Assembly: GCA_004551865.1 (NCBI GenBank)
Contig: SFPR01000002.1
Coordinates: forward strand, 874 to 64,873
Source of the DNA: Bacteroidales bacterium
Lineage (GTDB): Bacteria; Bacteroidota; Bacteroidia; Bacteroidales; P3
Length of the DNA stretch: 64,000 nucleotides
Reading direction: 5' to 3'
The notes under the pieces were generated by a model. It was not told the origin of the DNA. It saw only the letters and a program-made list of their open reading frames with translations, and made no database searches. This document shows, one piece after another, positions 1-10,430 of the stretch (position 1 is its first letter; every line of letters begins with the position of its first letter). Position numbers and translations under genes: made by a program.

Positions 1-145
1 TATTTTTAACAACTCCTCTTTCTACACCGCTTGAGGTTGTCTTACCCATTCCTATGATAGATATCTTCCCCTCTTCATCCCTTTGTCCTATAAAAACGGC
101 AATCTTTGTCGTTCCTACATCTATACCAACTACTATGTTTTCCAT
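1..145 (-). CDS. ftsA: cell division protein FtsA, first 48 codons (gene runs off the window start)
   Basis: Reverse-strand ATG at 145 gives MENIVVGIDVGTTKIAVFIGQRDEEGKISIIGMGKTTSSGVERGVVKN, which contains the actin-like DVGT phosphate-1 motif. It lies directly downstream of ftsQ. Confidence 0.8.
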   Translation of the reverse strand, partial: MENIVVGIDVGTTKIAVFIGQRDEEGKISIIGMGKTTSSGVERGVVKN

Positions 146-161
146 ATTTCAAAAATTTTGA

Positions 162-923
162 TTATTTTCTCGTGCAAATCACTTGATTGTTAAATTCCAA
201 ATTCACTTCACTATAATTATCCCAACCATGCTTTGAAAATCCATACTTGTACAAATAATGCAACTTGTTCAGTTTTTCCTCCATGCTTTCGGTACTGCCC
301 AACAAAATTACATAATCTCCCACTTTTGGAAGCAACTGAAAGCCTTTTTTTTTGGAATAATATATCTGATCTATCTGATGTTTCAAAATGTCATCTTTGT
401 TGATTGCCAACACCATATTGCAAATATCGTTGTAGATGGGGAAAGCAACCGAGTCGATAATTGTCTTTCTTTTCACTCTTGTTTTCAAATCTCCATTCAC
501 AATCAAAACATTTGCAGCTCTTGTTTTGCTAATATCACAAACTTCTTTGTTCTCATCTACATAGAATTGTCCGCCATCTGATGTGTAAATTCGTGCAATC
601 GGTCTGTTTTGTCTTACTTCCACATTGAGTTTACCTCCCAAAGTAAGATAGACATTCGCATTCGCGACAAAATTTTGTTTCAAAAGGTATTCTTCAATCT
701 CCTCTCCGTTTACCTCTTTCCTCTTTTTGGAAAGGGGATTGCCAAATCGTTTTGAAATCATGGTCGAAACGTCTCTCTTATCAATGAGTGTATCACCACC
801 GGCATACTCAACGGTGATATTAATTTGGGCAATACCAAAATTTCTCATGCTTATGTTGGCGACAATCACAACAATAATCACAAGTATGAGAATAATGAAA
901 AACCGTATTGCTCTCTTATTCAT
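162..923 (-). CDS. ftsQ: cell division protein FtsQ
   Basis: 253-aa ORF with an N-terminal TM helix (FFIILILVIIVVIVANI). It occupies the position between murC and ftsA in the dcw cluster and overlaps the murC stop by 8 nt. Confidence 0.8.
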   Translation of the reverse strand: MNKRAIRFFIILILVIIVVIVANISMRNFGIAQINITVEYAGGDTLIDKRDVSTMISKRFGNPLSKKRKEVNGEEIEEYLLKQNFVANANVYLTLGGKLNVEVRQNRPIARIYTSDGGQFYVDENKEVCDISKTRAANVLIVNGDLKTRVKRKTIIDSVAFPIYNDICNMVLAINKDDILKHQIDQIYYSKKKGFQLLPKVGDYVILLGSTESMEEKLNKLHYLYKYGFSKHGWDNYSEVNLEFNNQVICTRK

Positions 924-2268
924 TTTCTTTCAACAAATCTGTAATAGGTTCGACCAATTTGTCAATATCTCCGGCTCCCATGGTTACAAGCAATTCGGGA
1001 TTTAATGCTTCAAGCAAAGGAAAAAGTTGAGATTTATCGACACAATACTTATCCATTTTATTGATTTTGTGCAATATCATCTTTGACGACACTCCTGCAA
1101 TCGGCTCTTCTCTTGCAGGATATATTGGTAAAAGTATCACATCGTCAAGTTGTTCCAAAGACTTTGCAAACTCGTCGGCAAAATCCTTCGTTCTCGAATA
1201 CAAATGGGGCTGAAATACTCCGCAAAGCCTCTTGTCGGGATACAACTCTCTCAAAGAAGAAATAGTTGCATCTATTTCCTGAGGGTGATGTGCATAATCA
1301 TCATAATAAATCGTCGAATCGGTTTTCAGTCTCAAATCAAAACGACGCTTCATTCCCGAGAATGAACTCAAAGCTGCACGCATTTCATACTCACCTACTC
1401 CCAAAGAGCATGCAACAGCCAAGGCTACAACTGCGTTTTCTATGTTGTGTCTTCCCGGATAAGTCATCTGCATATCGTAATAGACCTTCTCGGGAGTATA
1501 AAAGTCAAAATAATACTTTCCTTTGCTCACTCTTATGTTTGCAGCATGATAGTCGGTTTGCTCAAGCAAAGAATAGCTCAAAGATTTGTGTTCAAAATCT
1601 ATACGCTCGCAAAGAGTGTCTTTGACAAACAACTTTCCGCTTTTGTCAGTCTTGTCGGCAAAACAAGCAAAAGCCTTTTCTACTTCAGACAATGTGCCAT
1701 AAATATCCAAATGGTCTGCTTCGACAGAGGTTATTACACTCATGTATGGAGAGAGTTGCAAAAATGAGCGGTCATACTCGTCGGCTTCCACAACCACATA
1801 GTCCGAATCAGGATTGATAAGGCAATTTGTGTGATAGTTGTTTGATATGCCGCCAAGGAATGCACTACACCCGATATTGCTTTTGGTCAATATGTGGGCT
1901 ATCATTCCGCTTGTCGTTGTTTTACCATGAGTACCTGCAACGGCTATTGTTTTCTTTTGGCTTGTAATCAGCCCGAGAACCTCCGAACGTTTCTTTACCA
2001 CAAGAGCGTTTTCTCTTGCATATTGCAAAATACGATTGTCATCTCCTATTGCAGGAGTATAAATCACCATGTCGATATGTCGGCTTGCTATGTGAGAAGG
2101 GTCATCTTCGTACTTTATGTCCATACCCTCGGCAGCCAACTCCTCGGTAAGGGCAGTAGGAGTTCTGTCATAGCCGAGAATATTGTTGCCCGTCTGCTTC
2201 AAATATCTCGCTATGGCACTCATGCCTATTCCTCCTATACCGACAAAGTAATATGTTTTCGATTTCAT
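916..2268 (-). CDS. murC: UDP-N-acetylmuramate--L-alanine ligase
   Basis: 450 aa. N-terminal YFVGIGGIGMSAIA Rossmann motif, Mur ligase P-loop GTHGKTTT, and dcw context. Confidence 0.95.
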   Translation of the reverse strand: MKSKTYYFVGIGGIGMSAIARYLKQTGNNILGYDRTPTALTEELAAEGMDIKYEDDPSHIASRHIDMVIYTPAIGDDNRILQYARENALVVKKRSEVLGLITSQKKTIAVAGTHGKTTTSGMIAHILTKSNIGCSAFLGGISNNYHTNCLINPDSDYVVVEADEYDRSFLQLSPYMSVITSVEADHLDIYGTLSEVEKAFACFADKTDKSGKLFVKDTLCERIDFEHKSLSYSLLEQTDYHAANIRVSKGKYYFDFYTPEKVYYDMQMTYPGRHNIENAVVALAVACSLGVGEYEMRAALSSFSGMKRRFDLRLKTDSTIYYDDYAHHPQEIDATISSLRELYPDKRLCGVFQPHLYSRTKDFADEFAKSLEQLDDVILLPIYPAREEPIAGVSSKMILHKINKMDKYCVDKSQLFPLLEALNPELLVTMGAGDIDKLVEPITDLLKENE

Positions 2269-3383
2269 TTGCTTTCTTTTTTCTTTACAAGTTTGTCAAT
2301 TTCTTCCACTATCCTCTTGTCGGCATCTCTTATTCCCATTTGAGACATATTGAACGACATATTTTGCCTCAACACCTCATCATTCAAAACCCTGTCAAGC
2401 TCACTTATCAAAGTTTCTCTTGCATCCGCATCTTTGACCATGAGAGCTGCATTCTTAGATACTAATGCACTTGCATTCTTTGTTTGATGGTCTTCTGCAA
2501 CATTTGGAGAAGGAACCAATATAGATGGTTTTCCGACAATGCAAAGTTCAGAAATGGCTATCGCTCCTGCACGAGATATTATCACATCGGCAACAGAATA
2601 TGCCAAGTCCATATCATAGACAAACTCATATACCTTTATATGATTGCTTTTCAAGCTCTCAACCTTTTCTTTGGCTTTCTCAAAGAACCACTTTCCCGTC
2701 TGCCATATCAGTTGTATGTCATTCTTTTCAAAATAGTCCAACGAATTGTATATGCTTTCGTTTATAGTCAATGCACCCAAACTTCCGCCTACGACCAAAA
2801 CTGTTCTCTTTGTCTTGTCCAAAGAAAATGTTGAAAGAGCTTTAAGTTTGATTTGCTCAATGTTTTCTCCCAAACTAGAAATGGATTGTCTTATAGGATT
2901 GCCTGTAAAAACTATCTTTTTGTAATCAAACCATCGGTCCATATTGTCGTACGCCACACAAATCAAATCGACATGCTCTGCCAAAATCTTGTTGGTTGCT
3001 CCCGGAAAAGAGTTCTGTTCCTGAATGATTGTGGGAACGTGTTTTGACACAGCTGCAGCCAAAGTAGGTCCTGAAGCATATCCGCCCACTCCAACAACCA
3101 CATCGGGCGAAAAAGATTTGACTATCTTCTTTGCTTTCAGAGTGGAATATAAAACTTTGAATGGAAGGGCAATGTTCTTCCATAGTTTCTTTCTCTGAAA
3201 ACCCGAAATCGGCAAACCTATTATCTGGTATCCTGCTTGTGGAACTTTTTGCATTTCCATTTTGCCCTTTGCTCCCACAAACAACACCTGAGCATCAGGA
3301 TACTTAGCTCTCAAAGCATTAGCTATTGCAATAGCAGGAAAAATATGTCCTCCTGTTCCTCCTCCACTGATTATCGCTTTCAT
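2265..3383 (-). CDS. murG: undecaprenyldiphospho-muramoylpentapeptide beta-N-acetylglucosaminyltransferase
   Basis: 372 aa. N-terminal GGGTGGHIFPAIAIA motif typical of MurG. Overlaps murC by 4 nt. Confidence 0.95.
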   Translation of the reverse strand: MKAIISGGGTGGHIFPAIAIANALRAKYPDAQVLFVGAKGKMEMQKVPQAGYQIIGLPISGFQRKKLWKNIALPFKVLYSTLKAKKIVKSFSPDVVVGVGGYASGPTLAAAVSKHVPTIIQEQNSFPGATNKILAEHVDLICVAYDNMDRWFDYKKIVFTGNPIRQSISSLGENIEQIKLKALSTFSLDKTKRTVLVVGGSLGALTINESIYNSLDYFEKNDIQLIWQTGKWFFEKAKEKVESLKSNHIKVYEFVYDMDLAYSVADVIISRAGAIAISELCIVGKPSILVPSPNVAEDHQTKNASALVSKNAALMVKDADARETLISELDRVLNDEVLRQNMSFNMSQMGIRDADKRIVEEIDKLVKKKESK

Positions 3384-3384
3384 A

Positions 3385-4608
3385 TCATTCTTGTTTTAAT
3401 TCCCCATTATTATCTTCTGATTTCACAGAATTATCTTCAAGTTTCATTTCTTCAGAACTCCGTTCTGTTTCTCCATCTTGGCTTTTTGCCGACTCAACAC
3501 TTATGTTCAGCATAATGCCCAAGGCAGCACTGCTGACAAGCAGAGATGTTCCTCCATAACTTATGAACGGCAATGTCTGCCCTGTAACAGGCAGCAAACC
3601 CGTTGCAACCATCATGTTCACCAAAGCCTGAAAAACAATCATGAACCCTATGCCCACAGATGCATACCTTCCGAACAACCCCCTTGCATTCCTCGATATT
3701 TTCAGCGACCGATAAAAAAGTACAAAAAACAAACCTGCCACAACAATACCGAAGATTATTCCTCCCTCTTCCAAAATGATTGCAAAAATAAAATCGTTGT
3801 GAGACTCGCTCAAAAACCGTCCCTGAGTTGTATTTCCTATACCTTTGCCCAACAAACCTCCCGTGGCGATTGCCATTGTTGCTGTGTTTGGTTGGGTAAT
3901 TTCCTCTCTGTCTGAGTTCAACCACAAATTCACACGACTATACCATGTTCCGCTTCGCTCCAAAATATCGGGATTTACCTTGTACAGCCCGAGAACAGAC
4001 AAGCACAAAAACAAACCCACGGGAACTATCATGATATAATCTCTGAACTTTGCTCCTGCAATTATAATCATGACATAGCAACCCAAAAACACCAAAGCAC
4101 TTGTAGAAAAATTCTCGGGGAAAATAAGTAAGCAGACTACTGCCATTTTAACAATCAGCTTATAGAAGTTCTTTCTCTCTTTTATACCGTCTTTCAACAA
4201 ACTAAGCTCATTGGCAATATAGAGGACAAGAACATATTTTACTATTTCGGAGGGTTGAAACTGTCCTATACCCGGCAAAGAAATCCATCTTGCTGCTCCC
4301 TCTCCGAACAATCGTCCCAAAATAAGAGTAAACAAAAGCAATACCACGGAACCGCCATAAGCAATCTTTATGTATTTAGAATAGTGAACATACTTGATGC
4401 GATGAAAGATATATGTAATGAGAAGACCTGCGAGCAATAAGCCGAAATGTTTGAGAAACATTTTTGCAATATCTCCTCCCATTTTGTCATAAACAGCCTT
4501 CCCCATCGAGCTGTACACCTCTAAAAGGGAAATAAGCATCAGAAGGATATATACTATCCAAACTACTTTGTCTCCTCCTATCTTAAACCTTTTAGCACTT
4601 ATCTTCAT
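3385..4608 (-). CDS. ftsW: SEDS-family peptidoglycan glycosyltransferase FtsW
   Basis: 407-aa polytopic membrane protein with SEDS C-terminal motifs (TGQTLPFISYGGTSLL), in dcw context. Confidence 0.9.
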   Translation of the reverse strand: MKISAKRFKIGGDKVVWIVYILLMLISLLEVYSSMGKAVYDKMGGDIAKMFLKHFGLLLAGLLITYIFHRIKYVHYSKYIKIAYGGSVVLLLFTLILGRLFGEGAARWISLPGIGQFQPSEIVKYVLVLYIANELSLLKDGIKERKNFYKLIVKMAVVCLLIFPENFSTSALVFLGCYVMIIIAGAKFRDYIMIVPVGLFLCLSVLGLYKVNPDILERSGTWYSRVNLWLNSDREEITQPNTATMAIATGGLLGKGIGNTTQGRFLSESHNDFIFAIILEEGGIIFGIVVAGLFFVLFYRSLKISRNARGLFGRYASVGIGFMIVFQALVNMMVATGLLPVTGQTLPFISYGGTSLLVSSAALGIMLNISVESAKSQDGETERSSEEMKLEDNSVKSEDNNGELKQE

Positions 4609-4635
4609 GGCATCACAAAATATCAGACTTTCAAC

Positions 4636-5172
4636 CTACAAATTATTGACAAAGTTCAAAAATCGTTCTCCGTTTGTTTCTGCCTCTTGTTCGTTTCCCG
4701 AAGCCGGGGAATAAATGACAACATCAGGCTCGTTTGCAAAATAGTAAGCTGTCTTGACAGCCTCCTCCAAAGTGTTGAGTTGTATAAAATTCGTAATGGT
4801 CGAAAATGTTTTCTTGATATTGGCTCTGTCCTCTCCCACCATTATGAGAGTATGAACTTTCTGTTTGACCTCATCGACCAAAGATGTAAGTTCTTGTATA
4901 TTCTCCCCCGCTTCCAAAATCCAAATTATGGGATTGCTTGTCTGTTCAAAGGTAAACCAAGTCGAATTGGGTTTGACACTCTTTGCATCATCAACATAGT
5001 TCACTCCCTTTATGTTTGCCACGACCTCGTTTTTGTGTCTCATCGAACGACTATCGGAAAACATATTGTGAAGAGTATTGTTTCGCGAACGTATATATTC
5101 GGAATAGTTTCTTTCTGCCAAATTGCCATAGAGCGAACGTCTGCCCTGAACAGCCAAATCTTCTATATTCAT
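4636..5172 (-). CDS. MurD-like C-terminal domain only (truncated, degenerate UDP-N-acetylmuramoylalanine--D-glutamate ligase remnant)
   Basis: 178-aa ORF exactly in the murD slot between mraY and ftsW. Its layout, GVNYVDDAKSVKPNS...IWILEAGEN...LIMVGED...LEEAV...VIYSPASGNEQ...GERF, follows MurD domain 3. The N-terminal and ATP-binding (GxxGKT) domains are absent and there is no room for them. Confidence 0.6.
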   Translation of the reverse strand: MNIEDLAVQGRRSLYGNLAERNYSEYIRSRNNTLHNMFSDSRSMRHKNEVVANIKGVNYVDDAKSVKPNSTWFTFEQTSNPIIWILEAGENIQELTSLVDEVKQKVHTLIMVGEDRANIKKTFSTITNFIQLNTLEEAVKTAYYFANEPDVVIYSPASGNEQEAETNGERFLNFVNNL

Positions 5173-5179
5173 ATCTGTG

Positions 5180-6433
5180 TTATCTTAGTTTAAGTGTTAC
5201 TATTGTGGTTACTGCAAGTATGATACAGATTATCATAAACCTTTGAACTATCTTTGGTTCTGCATATCCTTTCTTTTGATAGTGGTGATGCAAAGGAGCC
5301 ATAAGGAACAATCTCTTTCCTTCTCCATACCTCTTTTTGGTAAATTTGAAATAAGACACCTGCAAAACGACCGAACAAGTTTCGGCAACAAAGATTCCGC
5401 AAAGAATAGGTATCAACAATTCTTTCCTTATCAATATGGCAAACACTGCAATGATACCTCCGATTGCCAACGAACCCGTATCGCCCATGAATACTTGTGC
5501 AGGATAGGTGTTATACCAAAGAAAGCCCACGGTAGCCCCCACAAAGGCAGATATATATATTGTAAGCTCTCCCACATTCGGTATATACATTATATTAAGG
5601 TAGTTGGCAAAGATAATATTTCCCGACACCCATGCAAGAAGTGCAAGACAAGCTCCGATAATTGCGGAAGTTCCTGTTGCCAAACCATCAATGCCATCCG
5701 TCAGATTAGCTCCGTTTGATATTGCAGTGATAAAGAAAATAACGATAGGAATGAAAATAATCCACGCATAATCCTTGTAATCTTTGCCTATCCACTTTAT
5801 CAACCAACTATAATCAAACTCATTGTTCTTGACAAAAGGAATTGTAGTCTTGGTAGAGCGTGCAGACTCTTTCATAAACTCTGTTTTTGCTTGCTGATAG
5901 TCCGATTGTCGTTGCAAGTTGTGATTTTGAGAATAGGTTGCAATCTCTTGTTTTTCTTTGATTGTTATATCGGGGTGAAAATACATCATGCAACCAACCA
6001 CCACACCAAGTATGACTTGTCCGACTATTTTCAATTTGCCGCTCAAACCTGCTTTGTTCTTTTTGAAAACTTTGATATAATCATCTATAAAACCCAAAGC
6101 TCCGAGCCAAACGGTGGTAATCAACATTATGATTACATATATGTTATCCAGCTTGGCAAACAACAAAGTTGGAACAAGAATTGCCGCAAGTATGATAAGA
6201 CCTCCCATTGTTGGAGTACCTTCCTTGGCTTTCTGTCCCTCCAATCCCAAATCTCTCACAGTCTCTCCGACTTGTTTTTTTCGCAAAAGTTCGATGAGTT
6301 TTTTGCCAAACACAATCGTAATTAACAGCGACGTTATTATTGCACCTGCCGCTCTGAATGATATATACTGAAATACGCCCGCTCCCGGGATATTCAATGT
6401 ATCGTGTAACCAACCAAACAAATAATATAACAT
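5180..6433 (-). CDS. mraY: phospho-N-acetylmuramoyl-pentapeptide-transferase
   Basis: 417-aa membrane protein with MraY motifs ([33 protein letters not shown]). Confidence 0.95.
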   Translation of the reverse strand: MLYYLFGWLHDTLNIPGAGVFQYISFRAAGAIITSLLITIVFGKKLIELLRKKQVGETVRDLGLEGQKAKEGTPTMGGLIILAAILVPTLLFAKLDNIYVIIMLITTVWLGALGFIDDYIKVFKKNKAGLSGKLKIVGQVILGVVVGCMMYFHPDITIKEKQEIATYSQNHNLQRQSDYQQAKTEFMKESARSTKTTIPFVKNNEFDYSWLIKWIGKDYKDYAWIIFIPIVIFFITAISNGANLTDGIDGLATGTSAIIGACLALLAWVSGNIIFANYLNIMYIPNVGELTIYISAFVGATVGFLWYNTYPAQVFMGDTGSLAIGGIIAVFAILIRKELLIPILCGIFVAETCSVVLQVSYFKFTKKRYGEGKRLFLMAPLHHHYQKKGYAEPKIVQRFMIICIILAVTTIVTLKLR

Positions 6434-6452
6434 ATCTCTATCCTCTTTATAA

Positions 6453-7892
6453 TCAATACTTCATTATTTCTTCCTTGTCATCAAAATGATGCTTCACACC
6501 ATTTATTTCCTGATAGGTCTCATGACCTTTCCCTGCAATCAGAATAATATCATTCTTGCTGCCTGCCAATTGTGCCGCAAGTTTAATCGCTTCCCTTCTG
6601 TCGGTAATGCAGAACACTTGACTTATGTCTGAGATACCCTCTTTCATGTCTTCCAATATGCTTTCGGGATTTTCACTTCGAGGATTATCCGATGTGAGTA
6701 TCAGAATATCACTTCCCTTTTGTGCAATAGCTGCCATTTCAGGACGCTTTGTCTTGTCTCTGTCGCCGCCACAACCAACAACGGTTATCAGTTTTCCTGC
6801 TATTCTTATCGAATTGATAGTCGAGATAACATTGTCCAAAGCATCGGGAGTGTGAGCATAATCTATTATTGCAACTGCTCCATTTTTCAAAGAATGCGGT
6901 TCAAATCTTCCGTCGGCAGCCCTCAGTTTGCTGAGAGCAATCAGTGTTTCGCTCTCACTCACACCACACAAGCGTGCAATAGAATAAATAGCCAACAGAT
7001 TGTAAGCATTGAACTTGCCGACAAGAAGAGTATTGACTTCCTTGCCATTGATTTCGAGCAACAAGCCCTCAAAACAATTCTCAATAATCTTCGCCTTAAA
7101 ATCTGCAGGCTTGGTCAAACTATATGAGTACTTCCTTGCTTTTGTATCTTCAAGCATCTTTTCTCCGTTTCTGTCGTCAATGTTGGTCAAAGCAAACGCC
7201 TCTTTGGGTAACATATCGAAGAAAGCCTTTTTTGCCTTTATGTAGTTGGCAAAAGTCTTGTGATAATCAAGGTGGTCATGAGTGATATTGCTAAAAACTG
7301 CTCCTGAAAAGTTCAATCCTGCAATCCTTTGCTGCACAACGGCATGAGAACTAACCTCCATAAAAACGAACTCACAGCCTGAGGCAACCATGTCTGAAAG
7401 AAGTTCGTTCAAACTCAGAACATCGGGAGTTGTTCTTTCGGTAGGATAATCCTTGTCGCCAATCTTATTTACTATGGTAGAAATCAACCCACACTTAAAT
7501 CCCAAAGAAGAGAAAAGATTGAAAGACAAGGTGGCAGTTGTTGTCTTACCATTTGTTCCTGTTATGCCGACTAATTTCAGCTGAGAAGAAGGATTGTCAT
7601 AAAAATTCCTTGCAATAAGTCCGAGAGAATATGAACTATCTTCAACTCTTATGTAAACAACACCGTCTTTAAGCTCTTGCGGAAGAGTTTGAGCAACAAT
7701 TACAACAGCACCTTTTTCTATTGCAGCACCTATATATTGATGTCCGTCGGCAACAGTTCCTCTTTGGGCAACGAAAAGAGTGTTGCAAGACACCTTTCGC
7801 GAATCAAATTGCACATTGTCAATAGATACGTCAGCCTGCCCTACCCGTTGCAAAACAGCAACACCTTTCAATAAATCAGACAATTTTTTCAT
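6453..7892 (-). CDS. murE: UDP-N-acetylmuramoyl-L-alanyl-D-glutamate--2,6-diaminopimelate ligase
   Basis: 479 aa. Mur ligase P-loop [11 protein letters not shown], a DNPR motif (SDNPRSE) and a GKGHE motif near the C-terminus. Confidence 0.95.
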   Translation of the reverse strand: MKKLSDLLKGVAVLQRVGQADVSIDNVQFDSRKVSCNTLFVAQRGTVADGHQYIGAAIEKGAVVIVAQTLPQELKDGVVYIRVEDSSYSLGLIARNFYDNPSSQLKLVGITGTNGKTTTATLSFNLFSSLGFKCGLISTIVNKIGDKDYPTERTTPDVLSLNELLSDMVASGCEFVFMEVSSHAVVQQRIAGLNFSGAVFSNITHDHLDYHKTFANYIKAKKAFFDMLPKEAFALTNIDDRNGEKMLEDTKARKYSYSLTKPADFKAKIIENCFEGLLLEINGKEVNTLLVGKFNAYNLLAIYSIARLCGVSESETLIALSKLRAADGRFEPHSLKNGAVAIIDYAHTPDALDNVISTINSIRIAGKLITVVGCGGDRDKTKRPEMAAIAQKGSDILILTSDNPRSENPESILEDMKEGISDISQVFCITDRREAIKLAAQLAGSKNDIILIAGKGHETYQEINGVKHHFDDKEEIMKY

Positions 7893-10111
7893 TTCTCAGT
7901 TTTATTTGTTTTTGCTCCTGCAGTTTGCAATTCAAGTACAATCAAATTATGTTTTTTATCTATCTTGCTGCCTGCAGCCACACTTTGCTTTACAACCTTA
8001 CCCTTGCCGGAAAATCTTACTCTCATTCCCATGTTTTCCAACATATATACCGCATCTTTTATGCTCAAGCCCACCACATTGGGAACTATTCCGTCGGAGA
8101 GTTTCTGTTCTCTCAAAACACACTTGCCGTCAAATTCCTTTCCTCTTACCCACTGTGCATTCACACTCGGAGCAATCAAGCCTAAACTCTTGCAAAATGC
8201 CACAAAATCCTTGTTGTTTCCGTAGCGAATTATAGGAAACTGCACAAGAGAATCATTGCGACTTATGTTATTGAAGTCAATCCTCGTTCCCACAACTCTG
8301 TCAGACAAATCTCTGAACACAGGTGCAGCCAAATCTCCTCCATGGGTACGATTCTTTTGTGGTCTGCTTATCACGACAATGCAAGAATACTTCGGACTGT
8401 CGGCAGGGAAGTATCCAACAAAAGAAGCTCTGTGCTGAATTGATGCATTCTTCTTTTCATAACCAATCTCGGCTGTACCCGATTTGCCTGCAATGCCGTA
8501 TGAAGCACTCTTCAATCTTCTGCCCGTACCATTTTGAACAACGCCTTTCAACACATTGTGTATCTTATCTCTTGTTTCCTGCTTACATATCTTCTCATTG
8601 ATAACTTCGGGTTCAAATCTCTCAATCTCTTTTCCGTTACTTATTATCGACTGAACAAACATAGGCTTTACCATTTTGCCGTTGTTTGCAATAGCATTAT
8701 AAAAGGTAAGCATCTGCAAAGGAGTTACGCTTGAAACATAACCAAAACTCATTCTCAAAAGGTCGGTCATATTTTCGGAAGACTTTATCTTGGGAGCAGG
8801 CTCATGAACATCTATATCCATATTCAAACGTTCAAATCTGAAATACTCCATCAAGTCTTTTCTAAACTCCTTTCTTCTGTCGCTTCTACCATATATATTA
8901 TATACCAACTGGCTTATGCCTACATTTGAAGAGATTTCCAAAGCTCTCTCAAACGAAACCAAACCTCGATTGACTTCTCCAACGTCTCTGATTGGTTTCT
9001 CGCTACCATTAAAGTATTTCACTCCCGTCGGAACAGAGTCCGAAATGTCTGCAAACCCCTTGTCGAGCAACATCATGGCAGTAACTATCTTGAAGGTGGA
9101 ACCCGGCTCAAAGGAATGTGATATTGCTATGTTGTCATTCTCCACATACTCTCCGTCTTTGTTTAAGGTCAAACTCGAAATCGCCCTCACATATCCTGTT
9201 TCTACCTCCATAAGAACCACGCAACCGCTTTCGGCATCATTGCTGTCCAAACAGCTCCTCAAAGAGTTTTCTGCCAATTCTTGCAAACTGACATCCAAAG
9301 TGGTAACAACATCATATCCGTCAATGGTCTTTATCTTCTCATTTACGTCTATCGGAACCCACTCATCTTTATTTATCTTTCGCTCTTTCCTTGTTCCGTG
9401 AATACCTGTCAAATATTTTGAAAACGCACCATCTATTCCATTATAACAAGTGTCGCAACCATTATTGGTTACATTTATTCCTATTGTTCGTCTTGCCATA
9501 GGGAAATAAGGATATACTCTTTTGTAGCCTTCCTCATAATGAACCGCTCCCACAAAAGCATATCTTTTCTTCTTCTCGTTCTTATAGCCAATGACAGGAA
9601 AGGTTTTCATTCTTTCAAGTTCTTCTTGCGAGACTTTTTGTGCAACCAAAACATATCTGCGGCCTTGCTTTCTCTTTTGTTTGAAATACTTTCTATAATA
9701 AGCAGACGACTTGGCATTGCTTCTATATGACAACATCTTGCTCAAACTATCGCACAAGCCGTTCAATCCCTCATTAAATTTTTGCTCCGATATTGTAAGT
9801 TCAAATGTCTCCTTACCCTTTTTGAGAACTTTTCCTCCACCCAAGTCCACATACACATCATATTGAGGCTCTGTGGTTGCAAGCAAAAGATACTCTCCAC
9901 TTTCGCTGTCTATCGCATAAATGTCTCCACGCTTTGCAAGCAACTCTTTATCTCTCAAAATTCGCTGCTGTTCCAAAGAGACCCAGAAGTCCTTTTCCGC
10001 AGTCTTCAAATAGACAGCCCTAACCAAAACAACAACAAACGCTGCTGCCACCAACAGATAAACTATTGATAACCTGACATTAAATTGGCCGTTGTCATTT
10101 GCGTTATTCAT
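7889..10111 (-). CDS. ftsI: penicillin-binding protein (FtsI/PBP3-type transpeptidase) with a C-terminal PASTA-like module
   Basis: Transpeptidase motifs are present (SxxK as STFK, KSGTA). The C-terminal NVVGLSIKDAVYMLENMGMRV stretch looks PASTA-like. I chose the ATG at 10111; the ORF extends to a GTG at 10162, but that start would overlap ftsL by 47 nt. Confidence 0.88.
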   Translation of the reverse strand: MNNANDNGQFNVRLSIVYLLVAAAFVVVLVRAVYLKTAEKDFWVSLEQQRILRDKELLAKRGDIYAIDSESGEYLLLATTEPQYDVYVDLGGGKVLKKGKETFELTISEQKFNEGLNGLCDSLSKMLSYRSNAKSSAYYRKYFKQKRKQGRRYVLVAQKVSQEELERMKTFPVIGYKNEKKKRYAFVGAVHYEEGYKRVYPYFPMARRTIGINVTNNGCDTCYNGIDGAFSKYLTGIHGTRKERKINKDEWVPIDVNEKIKTIDGYDVVTTLDVSLQELAENSLRSCLDSNDAESGCVVLMEVETGYVRAISSLTLNKDGEYVENDNIAISHSFEPGSTFKIVTAMMLLDKGFADISDSVPTGVKYFNGSEKPIRDVGEVNRGLVSFERALEISSNVGISQLVYNIYGRSDRRKEFRKDLMEYFRFERLNMDIDVHEPAPKIKSSENMTDLLRMSFGYVSSVTPLQMLTFYNAIANNGKMVKPMFVQSIISNGKEIERFEPEVINEKICKQETRDKIHNVLKGVVQNGTGRRLKSASYGIAGKSGTAEIGYEKKNASIQHRASFVGYFPADSPKYSCIVVISRPQKNRTHGGDLAAPVFRDLSDRVVGTRIDFNNISRNDSLVQFPIIRYGNNKDFVAFCKSLGLIAPSVNAQWVRGKEFDGKCVLREQKLSDGIVPNVVGLSIKDAVYMLENMGMRVRFSGKGKVVKQSVAAGSKIDKKHNLIVLELQTAGAKTNKTEK

Positions 10112-10115
10112 AGGA

Positions 10116-10430
10116 CTACTTTGAAATAAAAATAACTTCTTTAATCGGTTCTTTTGAAACACTCACCCCCACAGGCTCCAACTTCTCCGAAAGCACAAGC
10201 ATCATCGACGAGTTTTGATACCGTGTCTTCATCATGATATGTTGCTGATGCAGTTGCTTGATGTCCTTCGAGCATTTTTCAATATCTTTCACCGTTCCCT
10301 CAATGTTATATCTGTTGGTGATATACAACACAAACAAAAAGACTATAAAAAGCCCCAACAACACATTTGACCGAAGCCAACCTCCGAGCAACAAATCTCC
10401 CTGAACAACTTTTTTGATATTCCACTTCAT
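10116..10430 (-). CDS. ftsL: FtsL-like cell division protein
   Basis: 104 aa with a single TM helix (VLLGLFIVFLFVLYI) followed by a coiled-coil-like region. It sits between rsmH and ftsI. Confidence 0.6.
   Translation of the reverse strand: MKWNIKKVVQGDLLLGGWLRSNVLLGLFIVFLFVLYITNRYNIEGTVKDIEKCSKDIKQLHQQHIMMKTRYQNSSMMLVLSEKLEPVGVSVSKEPIKEVIFISK

Noticed and set aside
5180-7892. Absence of murF between murE and mraY
   Set aside because: Lack of murF in the dcw cluster is the usual arrangement in Bacteroidota as far as I know, so it is not treated as an anomaly (unlike the murD truncation).
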